Shown piece after piece: positions 1-8,850 of a stretch of 22,538 bases of DNA. Positions within the stretch are counted from its first letter, which is position 1. Each line of letters opens with the position of its first letter. Source of the DNA: Polyangiaceae bacterium. Lineage in GTDB: Bacteria > Myxococcota_A > Polyangia > Polyangiales > Polyangiaceae. Position numbers and translations under genes: made by a program. The notes below the pieces were generated by a model. It saw nothing but the letters and a program-made list of their open reading frames with translations, was not told the DNA's origin and did not search any database. The DNA lies in assembly GCA_044224495.1 (NCBI GenBank), contig JBGAKG010000027.1:6983-29520 (forward strand), written 5' to 3'.

Positions 1-120
1 GGGCGAGTACGCTGGCACGATGAGGATGCCGAGCGAGCCCCACCCCTGCAGGTGGCTAGGCCAGACGGCGGCGAGTCGCTTCGCTCGAGCAGCCCTGCAC
101 TCGAGCACGAGCACGGGCCA

Positions 121-210
121 CGGATACGGTTACGGTTACGGACACGGATCCGGACGCGGATGCGGATGCGGATGCGGACACGGACACGGATGCGGATACG
201 GAGGCGGACA
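121..210. repeat. Hexanucleotide microsatellite: 15 tandem CGGNNN units (CGGATA, CGGTTA, CGGACA, CGGATG and similar), with a further degenerate copy at 217-222
   Basis: Direct reading: 15 consecutive CGG-W-N-N hexamers from 121 to 210. It lies just 3' of the stop of the minus-strand DUF218 gene. Read in any frame it would encode a dipeptide repeat (Gly-X, Arg-X, Asp-X, Ser-X). Confidence 0.9.
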
Positions 211-213
211 CCC

Positions 214-936
214 TCACGGATCCTTCGGATCCCCGCCCCTCCGAAACACCTCACCACTCGGCCGAAACTCTACCGTTCCGCCCGGCAACGAAACGACGTC
301 CCCCACCCGGTACCCAAAATCCGCAATGCACCGCTCCTCGAACCCCGAGATCCGCGGGTTCGCGAAATAGAACGCCTGATCACGCGACGTGACGATCAGC
401 GCGCGCCCCATCCCGTACCGGAGCATGAACCGCCCCACGTCGCGGAGGTTCGTGTGCGAGTGCCGCGCGCACGGCTCGACCACGATCGCACTCTCCGGAA
501 TCCCGTGGTCGAGGAGGTACCGCCTCATCAGCACGGCCTCCACGTACGGCGTCCCCTCCGGGTGCACGTTCGCCCCCGACACGAGGATGACGGGCGCCGC
601 TCCGCCGCGGAAGAACGCCATCGCGGAGTCGAGCCGCGCTGCCGCGTTGGGGTGCACCTCCGGCGTCGGTGCCGTCGCATCGAGCGGCGTGAACCCCGGC
701 ACCACGATCGCGTCGAACTGGCCCGGCCCCACGGCGACCTTGCGCCCCGCGAGCGCCGCGATCGCGGCGGAGTTCTCCCGCGCCACGTCGACGCCGTTCC
801 CACTGCAGAGCGACCACTCGCCCACCTCGGGGTGGGGCACCAGCGCGGCGACCTCGCCGCCTCCCCCTCGCGTGGCGTGACCATGCCCACCGCAGGCGGC
901 GAGACCGAGCCCCAGAACGGCAACGAAACTTCGCAT
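214..936 (-). CDS. DUF218 (YdcF/SanA-like) domain lipoprotein
   Basis: The long ORF 214..1287 was trimmed to the ATG at 934-936 (cat on the + strand), which gives an N-terminus MRSFVAVLGLGLAACGG with a lipobox. The C-terminal region (VILVSGANVHPEGTPYVEAVLMRRYLLDHGIPESAIVVEPCARHSHTNLRDVGRF) matches the DUF218 architecture. The upstream extension is R/S-rich and probably spurious. Confidence 0.7.
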   Translation of the reverse strand: MRSFVAVLGLGLAACGGHGHATRGGGGEVAALVPHPEVGEWSLCSGNGVDVARENSAAIAALAGRKVAVGPGQFDAIVVPGFTPLDATAPTPEVHPNAAARLDSAMAFFRGGAAPVILVSGANVHPEGTPYVEAVLMRRYLLDHGIPESAIVVEPCARHSHTNLRDVGRFMLRYGMGRALIVTSRDQAFYFANPRISGFEERCIADFGYRVGDVVSLPGGTVEFRPSGEVFRRGGDPKDP

Positions 937-964
937 TCCCCGCCATGGTACATTCGATCGCGCC

Positions 965-2653
965 ATGACCGACGGCGATGACGCGACCGCGCTCCACCTC
1001 CGGAGACGAAGCGAGCCCCCGCCCGACGGTACGAGCCAAGCTCCGACTCGTCCGACGCCGACGCCCGTGCTCGGGATCGAGAACGTCCAGGCCATGGTCG
1101 AGGAGTTCCGCAAGCCTCCCGCCGAGCGCCAGGTCGTCGAGCGCCCGCTCGCCGCGGGCGGCATGGGCACCGTCGAGATCGTGATCGACCGCGCCCTCGG
1201 CCGGCGCATGGCCAAGAAGAGCATCCACGGCATCCTCTCCAGCGATCCGCGGATGCTGCGGATGTTCCTGCGCGAAGCCAGGACCACCGGGCTGCTCGAT
1301 CACCCGAACGTCGTCCCCGTCTACGACGTGGGCGAGCGCGACGGGCACTTGTATTTTACAATGAAGCTCGTCGAGGGGCGGACCCTCAAGGATCAGATCC
1401 GCGACCACGGCGGCGGCGGGAAGCCCGCGGACTACGGTCCGCTCGAGGCGAACGCCCTCTTCAACATGCTCGACGTCGTGGTGAAGATCTGCGACGCGCT
1501 CGCCTTCGCCCACGCGCGCCAGGTGATCCACTGCGACATCAAGCCGGCCAACGTGATGGTCGGAGACTTCGGCGAGGTCTACTTGATGGACTGGGGCATC
1601 GCGCGCCTCCAAGGCAGCGGCGGCCCCGCCGATCGCTCGTCCCAGCCCGACATCGATCCCAACGCCGACGAGCCCGCGCCTCCGAGCGGCGAGACGGGCG
1701 ATGCCGTCCTCGGCACCGCGAACTACATGTCGCCCGAGCAGGCCGAGGGCAGCCGCTTCCTCCTCGATCCGCGCAGCGACATCTTCAGCGTCGGCGCGAT
1801 GATCTACGAGATCCTCACCGGCCGTCCGCCGTACCGCGGCGAGTCGCACGGCGAGACGATCGAGCTCGCGCGCACCGCCACCTTCACGCCGCCGAGCGCG
1901 GTCGTCGGCGGCGCGCGGGTCCCGCCCGAGCTCGAGCGCATCGTGCTCAAGGCGATGGCGCGTCACCGCAGCGACCGCTACCCCGACATCGCCGCGCTCA
2001 AGGCCGACCTGCTGCGCTTCATGCGCGGAGGCGCCGAGTTCCCGCAGACGACGTTCAAGCGCGGCGCCGTCATCATGCGCGAGGGCGAGCAGGGGAAGTC
2101 CGCGTACATCATCGTCTCGGGCCGGGCCGAGGTGCGGAAGCAGATGGGCGGGCAGCTCCAGGTCCTCAAGACCCTGGGCGCGGGCGAGGTCTTCGGCGAG
2201 ATGGCGGTCCTCACCGAGGGACCCCGCACGGCGACCGTCGTCGCGATCGAGGACACGACCGTGCTCGTCGTCACCGACGAGGTGCTCCAACAGGAGCTCG
2301 TCCTCATGAAGCCGTGGCTCGCGCGGCTGGTCCAGGCGCTCGCCGAGCGCCTCCGCGATCTCTACACGACGAAGCGCGTCACCCTGACCGGCGGTCCGAC
2401 CGCTCCGCGTGTCGCGCTCCAGGTGGCGATGCACCTGATGCTCTTCGGCTCGCACGAGCCGAACGGCGCCCGCTCGCTCCGGTGGAGCACGCTCTCGAAG
2501 GAGATCGAGGCGCAGATGGGCGCGCCTCCCCACACGATCCACATGGTCGCGGCGCGCTATCGCGGTGTCACGCTCGACCTCGACGCCGACGTGATCACGG
2601 TCGCCGATCCGGCGGCGCTCGCGCAGATGGTCCGCGCCGATCTCGGCGGCTGA
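965..2653 (+). CDS. Hanks-type Ser/Thr protein kinase fused to a C-terminal cyclic-nucleotide-binding (cNMP) domain
   Basis: Kinase motifs: a Gly loop GGMGTV plus Lys in AKK, a catalytic loop HCDIKPANV, a DWG (DFG-like) motif and SPE. The cNMP domain has the phosphate-binding cassette FGEMAVLTEGPRTATVVA. The start is uncertain: GC3 is mixed between 965 and about 1060, and the GTG at 1067 or ATG at 1094 are in-frame alternatives. Confidence 0.85.
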   Translation: MTDGDDATALHLRRRSEPPPDGTSQAPTRPTPTPVLGIENVQAMVEEFRKPPAERQVVERPLAAGGMGTVEIVIDRALGRRMAKKSIHGILSSDPRMLRMFLREARTTGLLDHPNVVPVYDVGERDGHLYFTMKLVEGRTLKDQIRDHGGGGKPADYGPLEANALFNMLDVVVKICDALAFAHARQVIHCDIKPANVMVGDFGEVYLMDWGIARLQGSGGPADRSSQPDIDPNADEPAPPSGETGDAVLGTANYMSPEQAEGSRFLLDPRSDIFSVGAMIYEILTGRPPYRGESHGETIELARTATFTPPSAVVGGARVPPELERIVLKAMARHRSDRYPDIAALKADLLRFMRGGAEFPQTTFKRGAVIMREGEQGKSAYIIVSGRAEVRKQMGGQLQVLKTLGAGEVFGEMAVLTEGPRTATVVAIEDTTVLVVTDEVLQQELVLMKPWLARLVQALAERLRDLYTTKRVTLTGGPTAPRVALQVAMHLMLFGSHEPNGARSLRWSTLSKEIEAQMGAPPHTIHMVAARYRGVTLDLDADVITVADPAALAQMVRADLGG

Positions 2654-3609
2654 TGTCGGATCCGGTCGGCATCCTCCTCCTCGGGAGCGTGCTCGGCAGC
2701 GTGTTCTCGGCCGTGATCTACGGGGTCCGCGCGTGGTCGCGCTCCGAAGAGCGTCGCATCGACGAGGTCTGGCGGCGCGCCGCCACGTCGCTGAAAGGGA
2801 AGTTCGAGGCGCGCTCCGACGGGCGGCAGCTGCGCGCCGCGATCAACGGGCTCGAGGTCGTCGTGGACGAGACGCTCTCCGGGCGCATCCGGAACATCCG
2901 CGTCCGCGTGAACGCCGCGCACACGATCGGGTTCGCGGCCGACGTGCACCGCGCCGATGCGCTCCACCGCGCGTTCGCGGACGCGCGCGTCACGGACGAC
3001 CCTGCGTTCGACGCCGACTTCGTCATCGAGACCAACCGCCCGGCGCTCGCGCGGATCTGGCTCGACGCGAGCTCGCGCTCGGCAATCCGCGCGGTGGGCT
3101 CGTGGAAGCTCCACCTCGACGGCGGCTCGCTCACGCTCGTCCAACCGGAGACCGGCGCGATGGAGGCGCCGGAGCTCGCGCGCGCGATCCGGAGCGCCGC
3201 CGTCGTCGCCCAACGCGTGACGCGGCTGGCGAACGACTGGAACGCGCTCGCACGGAAGCTCGGCGGCGTGGTGTCGCGCTCGTTCGCTTTCGAGCGGAGC
3301 GAGCTCGCCGCCATGACCGTCGCGCACGACGCCACCGAGGCGAAGCTCGCGGTCGCGCACGATCTCTCCGCCGAGGTCCCCGTCGTCACCACCTTCGTGG
3401 ATGCGGTCGCGGCGGTGAAGCACGACGCGGCGACCCAGGCGACGTTCACCCAGCGCGCGGTCGAGCTCGGCGCGCAAACGTTGCGCTTCGCCGATGGGCG
3501 CGTCCGCCTCGAGCTCGAGGGCGTCGTCACCGACGGAACCGTGCTCCGGAAGCTGCTCGGCCTGGTGTTCGAGGCGGCGGCGCCACCTTCGGTCGGTCCG
3601 TACCGTTGA
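2653..3609 (+). CDS. Hypothetical single-pass membrane protein, translationally coupled to the upstream kinase
   Basis: The kinase stop and this gene's start form TGATG (stop 2651-2653, ATG 2653-2655). The N-terminal helix is VGILLLGSVLGSVFSAVIYGV, followed by an Ala-rich, probably helical soluble domain. The 2314 start in the ORF track overlaps kinase coding sequence and was rejected. Confidence 0.65.
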   Translation: MSDPVGILLLGSVLGSVFSAVIYGVRAWSRSEERRIDEVWRRAATSLKGKFEARSDGRQLRAAINGLEVVVDETLSGRIRNIRVRVNAAHTIGFAADVHRADALHRAFADARVTDDPAFDADFVIETNRPALARIWLDASSRSAIRAVGSWKLHLDGGSLTLVQPETGAMEAPELARAIRSAAVVAQRVTRLANDWNALARKLGGVVSRSFAFERSELAAMTVAHDATEAKLAVAHDLSAEVPVVTTFVDAVAAVKHDAATQATFTQRAVELGAQTLRFADGRVRLELEGVVTDGTVLRKLLGLVFEAAAPPSVGPYR

Positions 3610-3642
3610 CAGGGAGGCCCCGGGGTCGCAGAAGCGTGGGGC

Positions 3643-5952
3643 GTGCAGAAGACGATCACCCTCCCCGTCTCGGGCATGACCTGCGCGGCCTGTCAGGCCA
3701 ACGTGCAGCGCGCGCTCGTGAAGGCGCCCGGCGTCTCGGGCGCGGCGGTGAACCTCGCCACGCACTCGGCGCGGATCGAGTTCGACGACGCGGCGATCGC
3801 GCCGGAGGCGCTCGTCGAGCGGATCCGCGACGCCGGCTACGACGCCGAGCTCCCGCCCCCCGACGAGTCCGAGGCCGAAGCGGAAGAACGCGCCGACGCG
3901 CGCGACGCCGCCGAAGCACGGGAGGCACGCGCCACGCTCGTCAAGGCGCTCGTCTCGCTCGCGTTCGGCGCGATCGCGATGGTGATCTCGATGCCGCTCA
4001 TGACCGGGCACGAGCACGCAGCGCACGCGAGCGGCGATCCGTTCATGCGCGCGGCGGCCGGGGTGCTCGATCCGCCGCTCCGCGCCGCGTTGCCGTGGCT
4101 CTACGGCGCCCCGCGGAGCGCGCTCTGGTTGTCCCTCTTTGGGATGACCGTGATCACCATGGCGTGGGCCGGGCGCGAGATCTTCGTGCGCGGAGTGAAG
4201 AGCGCGCTCCACCGCACGCCCGACATGAACAGCCTCGTCGCGCTCGGGACCACCGCCGCGTTCGGCTACTCGGTCGCGGCGATGCTCTTCCCCGACGCGT
4301 TCCTGCGCGGGGGCGCCGCGCCCGATGCGTACTACGAGTCGGTCGTCTTCGTGATCGCGCTCGTGCTCCTGGGGCGCGCGCTCGAGGCGCGTGCTCGGCG
4401 CGCCGCGGCCCGGGCGCTCCACGCGCTGGCCGCGCTCCGGCCCGACGTGGCGCGAGTTCGGCGGGGCGACGCCATCGTCGAGGTCCCGTCGCGCGAGCTT
4501 CGCCCCGGCGACGAGCTGCAAGTGCGCCCCGGCGAGCGCTTCGCGGCGGACGGCACCGTCGCGGACGGCGCGGGCGACGTCGACGAGGCGTGGCTGACCG
4601 GGGAGTCGATGCCGGTGGCCAAGGCGACCGGCGACGCCGTGTTCGCCGGCACCGTGAACGGCTCGGCGGCGCTGCAGGTGCTGGTGACTCGGGCGCCGAG
4701 CGCGAGCCGCCTCGCGGGCGTGCTGCGGCTCCTCGGCGACGCGCAGGGCCGCCGCGCGCCGATCCAAGCGCTCGCCGATCGGGTGAGCCTGATCTTCGTG
4801 CCCACCGTCCTCGGTCTGGCGATCCTGGACTTCGTGGTCTGGCTCGCCGCGACGGGCTCGGTCGTCCGCGCGGCCGCCGCCGCCGTGAGCGTGCTCGTCA
4901 TCGCGTGCCCGTGTGCGATGGGCCTCGCGGTCCCGACCGCAGTGCTCGTGGCGACCGGCGGCGCGGCGCAGGTCGGGATCCTCCTCCGCGGCGGCGAGGC
5001 GATCGAGCGCTTGGCCGCGGCCGACGTCGTCGTCCTGGACAAGACCGGCACCGTGACGCTCGGTCGTCCCAAAGTGGTACAGTTCGAGCTGGTCCCGGGA
5101 GCCACGGTCGACCCGAGCGTGCTCCTGGCCGAGGCGGCCGCGATCGAGGCGGCCTCCGAGCACCCACTCGCGCGCGCCGTCGTCGCGCACGCCGAAGCCG
5201 AAGGCGTCACCGTCGTCCCCGCCAAGGGCGTTCGGGCGCTCCCGGGGCTCGGCGTCGAGCGTACGGTCGACGGCGTCGTGACGCGGATCGGCGCGCGCGC
5301 GCTGCTGGCCAGCGGAGCCGAGCTCCCGTGGCCGGCCACCGCCGGCGAGGTGCTCGTCGTCCGCGACGGCGCCGCGCTCGCGCGGTTCGTGCTCCAGGAC
5401 GAGGTGCGCCCCACGTCGGCCGACGCGGTGAAGGAGCTCGTCGCGCTCGGGCTCGAGGTCCACCTCGTGAGCGGCGACGCGGAGAGCGCGGTCGCGGCCG
5501 CGGCGCGCGCGGTCGGAATCGAGCGCTACCGCGCGAGCACGTCGCCCGAGGGCAAGCTCGCCGAGGTCGAGCGGCTCGGCGCGGCCGGCAAGCGCGTGGC
5601 GATGGTGGGGGACGGCATCAACGACGCCCCCGCGCTCGCCCGCGCGCACGTCGGGATCGCGATCGGCGGCGGGACCGACGTCGCGATGGAGGCCGCCGAC
5701 GCGACCCTCCTCGGCGGCGATCTCCGCGCGCTCCCCCGCGCCATCCGCTTGTCGCGACGGGCGATGCGGATCATGCGCGAGAACCTCGTCTGGGCCTTCG
5801 CCTACAACGTGCTCGGCATCCCGATCGCCGCGGGAGCGCTCTATCCTGCGTTCGGGATCCTGCTGAGCCCGATCCTCGCGAGCGCGGCGATGGCGGCGAG
5901 CTCGGTGAGCGTCGTCGGAAACAGCCTGCGCCTGAAGCAGAAGCCGAAGTAG
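3643..5952 (+). CDS. copA: Copper(I)-translocating P1B-type ATPase (CopA-like)
   Basis: N-terminal HMA domain with GMTCAAC, the CPC motif in the TM6 region, the DKTGT phosphorylation site, [10 protein letters not shown], and the YN (AFAYNVLG) and MAASS motifs typical of P1B-1 Cu+ pumps. It starts at a GTG. Confidence 0.9.
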   Translation: MQKTITLPVSGMTCAACQANVQRALVKAPGVSGAAVNLATHSARIEFDDAAIAPEALVERIRDAGYDAELPPPDESEAEAEERADARDAAEAREARATLVKALVSLAFGAIAMVISMPLMTGHEHAAHASGDPFMRAAAGVLDPPLRAALPWLYGAPRSALWLSLFGMTVITMAWAGREIFVRGVKSALHRTPDMNSLVALGTTAAFGYSVAAMLFPDAFLRGGAAPDAYYESVVFVIALVLLGRALEARARRAAARALHALAALRPDVARVRRGDAIVEVPSRELRPGDELQVRPGERFAADGTVADGAGDVDEAWLTGESMPVAKATGDAVFAGTVNGSAALQVLVTRAPSASRLAGVLRLLGDAQGRRAPIQALADRVSLIFVPTVLGLAILDFVVWLAATGSVVRAAAAAVSVLVIACPCAMGLAVPTAVLVATGGAAQVGILLRGGEAIERLAAADVVVLDKTGTVTLGRPKVVQFELVPGATVDPSVLLAEAAAIEAASEHPLARAVVAHAEAEGVTVVPAKGVRALPGLGVERTVDGVVTRIGARALLASGAELPWPATAGEVLVVRDGAALARFVLQDEVRPTSADAVKELVALGLEVHLVSGDAESAVAAAARAVGIERYRASTSPEGKLAEVERLGAAGKRVAMVGDGINDAPALARAHVGIAIGGGTDVAMEAADATLLGGDLRALPRAIRLSRRAMRIMRENLVWAFAYNVLGIPIAAGALYPAFGILLSPILASAAMAASSVSVVGNSLRLKQKPK

Positions 5953-5961
5953 ACTGAACCC

Positions 5962-6900
5962 GTGCGCCTACGCTCCACATTGTTTGGTCTCGCCGCCGCA
6001 TCCAGCGGTGCGCTCGCGCTCGTCCACTGCAGCGATCCCGCGCCCCTCGGGCCGGATGGCGGCGCCGATGCGACGGTCGACGTCGCGCTCGACGCGATCG
6101 GTCCGGGCGACGGTGGGGCCGAGGCCACGATCGAGGCCGGGCCCCCGTGCGACGACAAGACCCCGTGCGAAGCCGGCACCTGCTGCAGCGGCGCCTGCAC
6201 CGATCTCGCGAAGGATCCACGCAACTGCGGCGCGTGCGGCGCCGCCTGCACCAGCGCGCAGTTCTGCAACGGGAAGGCGTGCATCGCAGCGCAGCTCAAG
6301 AACCTCTGCGAGAACCCAAAGCTCGCCGTGATCCTCGACGGCGTCGTCCCCGACGAGACCGCCGCCGCCCCGATCGGAGCGGCGGTCGACGGCGGCTGTA
6401 CCCCGTCGGTCCAGGTGCGCAACGTGCTGCAGAACGCGCCCGGCGTCATCGACGACGCGGGCCGCCCGCTCCTCGGCGTCGGGGACACCTACCTCGCGAC
6501 GGGCGGCGCGTTCGGGCAGAAGGCGATCGGCTGGGTCGAGTCGAACAAGGTCGGCCCCGTCTACACGCTCGGCGACCAGAACAGCTTCTCGTTCGTGCGC
6601 AAGTCGGACAACGGCTTGCTCGCGAAGGTGCAGAACGCCGACCTGACCGCGAAGCACGATTGGTTCGTCGTCTACCTCGCGCCCGAGCCGCTCGCGGGCA
6701 CGCTCGTGTTCGCGGTCTACGGGATCATGACCGCCGGGACGAACGCCGCGTCGTGGTTCGTCGCGAACCAAGTGCTGCCGAACCGGTCCACGTTCGACAA
6801 GCAGTACTACGTCTACGAGTGGATCGACGCCGACGACGCGGGCACGCCGAACGCACCCGACGCGAACGACACGTTCAAGGTGCTCGCGTCGGGTCCCTGA
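5962..6900 (+). CDS. Secreted Cys-rich protein with a Stig1-like cysteine pattern and a C-terminal domain of unknown function
   Basis: Signal peptide MRLRSTLFGLAAASSGALALVHC. Ten cysteines sit in PPCDDKTPCEAGTCCSGACTDLAKDPRNCGACGAACTSAQFCNGKAC. GC3 is high. It begins 10 nt after the copA stop. Confidence 0.7.
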   Translation: MRLRSTLFGLAAASSGALALVHCSDPAPLGPDGGADATVDVALDAIGPGDGGAEATIEAGPPCDDKTPCEAGTCCSGACTDLAKDPRNCGACGAACTSAQFCNGKACIAAQLKNLCENPKLAVILDGVVPDETAAAPIGAAVDGGCTPSVQVRNVLQNAPGVIDDAGRPLLGVGDTYLATGGAFGQKAIGWVESNKVGPVYTLGDQNSFSFVRKSDNGLLAKVQNADLTAKHDWFVVYLAPEPLAGTLVFAVYGIMTAGTNAASWFVANQVLPNRSTFDKQYYVYEWIDADDAGTPNAPDANDTFKVLASGP

Positions 6901-7413
6901 TCACCCGCGCACGAGCACTCGCGTCGGGCCGCTCGCGTTCTTGGCGACGACGGACGCATTCAGCGCGCCCGCGAACCCCAACCACGCGAGGTTCGGGAGC
7001 ACGGCGACCGCGGCGACCGGATCGATCTTGCCCGCGAAGTACGCATAGCCACCGAGCGTGGCGGCGTTCGCGAGCAGGATCGCGAGCGCGAGCCGCGGCC
7101 GGTGCGCGCCGAAGAACGTCGGGGTCCACGCCGCGTTGCACGCGATCTGCGCGCCCCACAGCCCGAGCGCGGTGGTGCGAGCGGACGAGTCGGGGCTCCG
7201 CGCGATGCGACGCGCGGACCAGGAGCCGAGCGCGTAGAGCCCCGGCCAGACCACGCCGAACGTCGCATCGGGCGGGGTGAAGCTCGGTTTGCGCAGGAGG
7301 CGGTACCACGTCTTGTTCGACCGCTTGCGGCCGACCATGCCCCCGAGCGCCGCCGCAGCGGCCGACGCCGCGGCGAACACGCCGAGCCCGAGCTTGGAGC
7401 GGAGGAAGCTCAT
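6901..7413 (-). CDS. tspO: TspO/MBR family tryptophan-rich sensory protein
   Basis: C-terminal 170 aa of ORF 6901..8820. The ATG at 7411-7413 gives MSFLRSKLGLGVFAAAS... Trp-rich TM signature: WYRLLRKPSFTPP, GLYALGSWSA, WTPTFF. Confidence 0.8.
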   Translation of the reverse strand: MSFLRSKLGLGVFAAASAAAAALGGMVGRKRSNKTWYRLLRKPSFTPPDATFGVVWPGLYALGSWSARRIARSPDSSARTTALGLWGAQIACNAAWTPTFFGAHRPRLALAILLANAATLGGYAYFAGKIDPVAAVAVLPNLAWLGFAGALNASVVAKNASGPTRVLVRG

Positions 7414-7934
7414 CACGTCACCTCCACCCGCACGGACGAGAGCTCGCGGAAGATGCGCCACTCCGTACCATTTTGGGACCATTCCCAATGCGACTCCAGG
7501 ACGCCGCGCGCGCGGTCGAGCACCATCCGGCAGCGCACGATGAGGCCGTCGGCGGTGACGTCGCGGTTGCGAAGCGTCCACTCGTGGTCTCCGTCCACCA
7601 CGAGCTGGGCGGTGCCGAGGAGTCCCTCGTCGCCGTACGTCTCGACGTCGAAGCACCCGAGCTGACGCCCCGCCGACAGGATCTCCCCGTACGCGAGACG
7701 AGCCCCGGCGCGACGGCCATCGAACCGGTGCGCCATGCGATCGCGCCCGGGGAGCCAATCCCAGCGCTCGACGGCGCGGATGACCGCGGCGCGGCCGAGT
7801 GGGCCGTCGACCTGATGGCCTTCGGTCGACCAGCGGCCGGCGAAGGCTTGGAGGGGGGCGAGCTCGAGGCGGGGAGCGGTCTCCCAACGCGAGCGGGTGG
7901 GGGCGGCGGCGACGAGGGGCTGGGGCTGTTGCAT
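7413..7934 (-). CDS. Hypothetical protein, possibly DUF1579/SnoaL-like, translationally coupled to tspO
   Basis: Start at the ATG 7932-7934, with AAGGAG 10 nt upstream on the minus strand (ctcctt at 7945-7950). Its stop TGA overlaps the tspO ATG (TGATG at 7411-7415). The motif LQAFAGRWSTEG resembles DUF1579. Confidence 0.6.
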   Translation of the reverse strand: MQQPQPLVAAAPTRSRWETAPRLELAPLQAFAGRWSTEGHQVDGPLGRAAVIRAVERWDWLPGRDRMAHRFDGRRAGARLAYGEILSAGRQLGCFDVETYGDEGLLGTAQLVVDGDHEWTLRNRDVTADGLIVRCRMVLDRARGVLESHWEWSQNGTEWRIFRELSSVRVEVT

Positions 7935-7944
7935 CTCGGCGATC

Positions 7945-7950
7945 TCCTTC
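7945..7950 (-). promoter_or_regulatory. Shine-Dalgarno AAGGAG for the 7413..7934 gene
   Basis: Perfect AAGGAG with a 10-nt spacer to the ATG. Confidence 0.6.
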
Positions 7951-8051
7951 GCCTTCCTCCCGTGCATCCGGTGTGCCGCGTCGAAATCGGCATCGAAACG
8001 GAGCACGCCGCCCCGCGCGCGTGACGTTTCGGCACGGTGCGCGCGAGATCG

Positions 8052-8714
8052 CTACGCGGCGGGCTTGCGCGCGCGGACCAAGAGCGCGCGCTGGAACGGC
8101 GCCGGGAAGCGGTCGCGCTCCATCGTGACGTCGAAGCCGGCGGCGAGGAGCGTGCCCCGCACCTCCGGCCACGCGAACGTCAGGTAGTACATGACGAACG
8201 GCGGATCGTAGAGCGCGTTCCGGACGCGCATCGCGGCGTTGAAGCCGTGCGCGGCCCAGAACCACGGCGACGTGGGAGGCGGGTTCTCGGCGGTCGCGAA
8301 CACGAACTCGCCGCCGGGCCGGAGCGCGCGGAAGATGCCGGCGACGAAGCGCGGCTCGTCGGCGCGCAAGATGTGGCCGAACGCCCCCACGCTGGTCGCG
8401 ACGTCGAACTCGTCGCGGAACGGCATCGCGAGGACGTCGCCCTCGACGAGCTCGACCCGCGCGCCCGAGCCTTCGTCGGCCCGCCGACGAGCTTCGGCGA
8501 GCATGCCGCGACTGAAGTCGATCCCGACGACGCGCCGCCGGGCGTGGCGCCGGAGCTGGAGCAACGCGGACCCCGTCCCGCAGCAGACGTCGAGCCCGTC
8601 GTCGAACGGACCGATCGCATCGGCGAGCGCCGCCGTGATCGCGTCCGGCGTGCGGAAGGGGGTCTTGTCGAACTTGGGCGCGAGGAGGTCGTAACCCCGC
8701 TCGGTCGACACCAT
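8052..8714 (-). CDS. Class I SAM-dependent methyltransferase
   Basis: Motif I LDVCCGTGS, motif II VVGIDFS, Methyltransf_11/25-like core. Start chosen at MVSTERGYDLL (ATG 8712-8714). The upstream ORF extension is R-rich. Confidence 0.75.
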   Translation of the reverse strand: MVSTERGYDLLAPKFDKTPFRTPDAITAALADAIGPFDDGLDVCCGTGSALLQLRRHARRRVVGIDFSRGMLAEARRRADEGSGARVELVEGDVLAMPFRDEFDVATSVGAFGHILRADEPRFVAGIFRALRPGGEFVFATAENPPPTSPWFWAAHGFNAAMRVRNALYDPPFVMYYLTFAWPEVRGTLLAAGFDVTMERDRFPAPFQRALLVRARKPAA

Positions 8715-8850
8715 CGCCTGGTGCAACAGCTCGAAAAGAGAGGGCCCTCCGCGCTCGAACACGCGACGCCATCGTAGCGTCTCGGTGGCAGGGAGAAAAC
8801 GCCCCTCCGTGGGATGGCAAGCGCGGCGACTTGCGCTAGAACGCCCGGCC

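Noticed and set aside
20-370. 116-aa + ORF encoding a Gly-Tyr/His/Cys dipeptide repeat, and the overlapping 52..981 R-rich ORF
   Set aside because: Poor GC3 outside the repeat, antisense to the DUF218 gene, and no signal peptide or start context. The repeat is better explained as a non-coding microsatellite.
380-2542. 720-aa minus-strand ORF
   Set aside because: Extremely Arg/Ala/Asp-rich, antisense to the kinase gene, no recognisable motifs. This is the usual high-GC antisense artefact.
2314-2652. Upstream extension of the 2653 gene
   Set aside because: Overlaps the kinase C-terminus in another frame and is R/P/D-rich. The ATG at 2653 gives a clean TM N-terminus and TGATG coupling.
965-3609. 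cNMP-domain proteins as Pycsar/CBASS-type effectors
   Set aside because: No cyclase (PycC or CD-NTase) gene is nearby, and the cNMP domain is fused to a kinase rather than to a TM or TIR effector domain.
2557-5649. 1030-aa minus-strand ORF and the 1074-aa + ORF at 2733..5957
   Set aside because: Both are R-rich low-complexity translations overlapping the well-supported copA and its upstream frame. Only the 3643..5952 frame carries P-type ATPase motifs.
6901-8820. Single 639-aa minus ORF
   Set aside because: It is a composite of three real genes (tspO, the DUF1579-like gene and part of the region upstream) joined by R-rich read-through. Internal ATG, RBS and TGATG junctions support splitting it.
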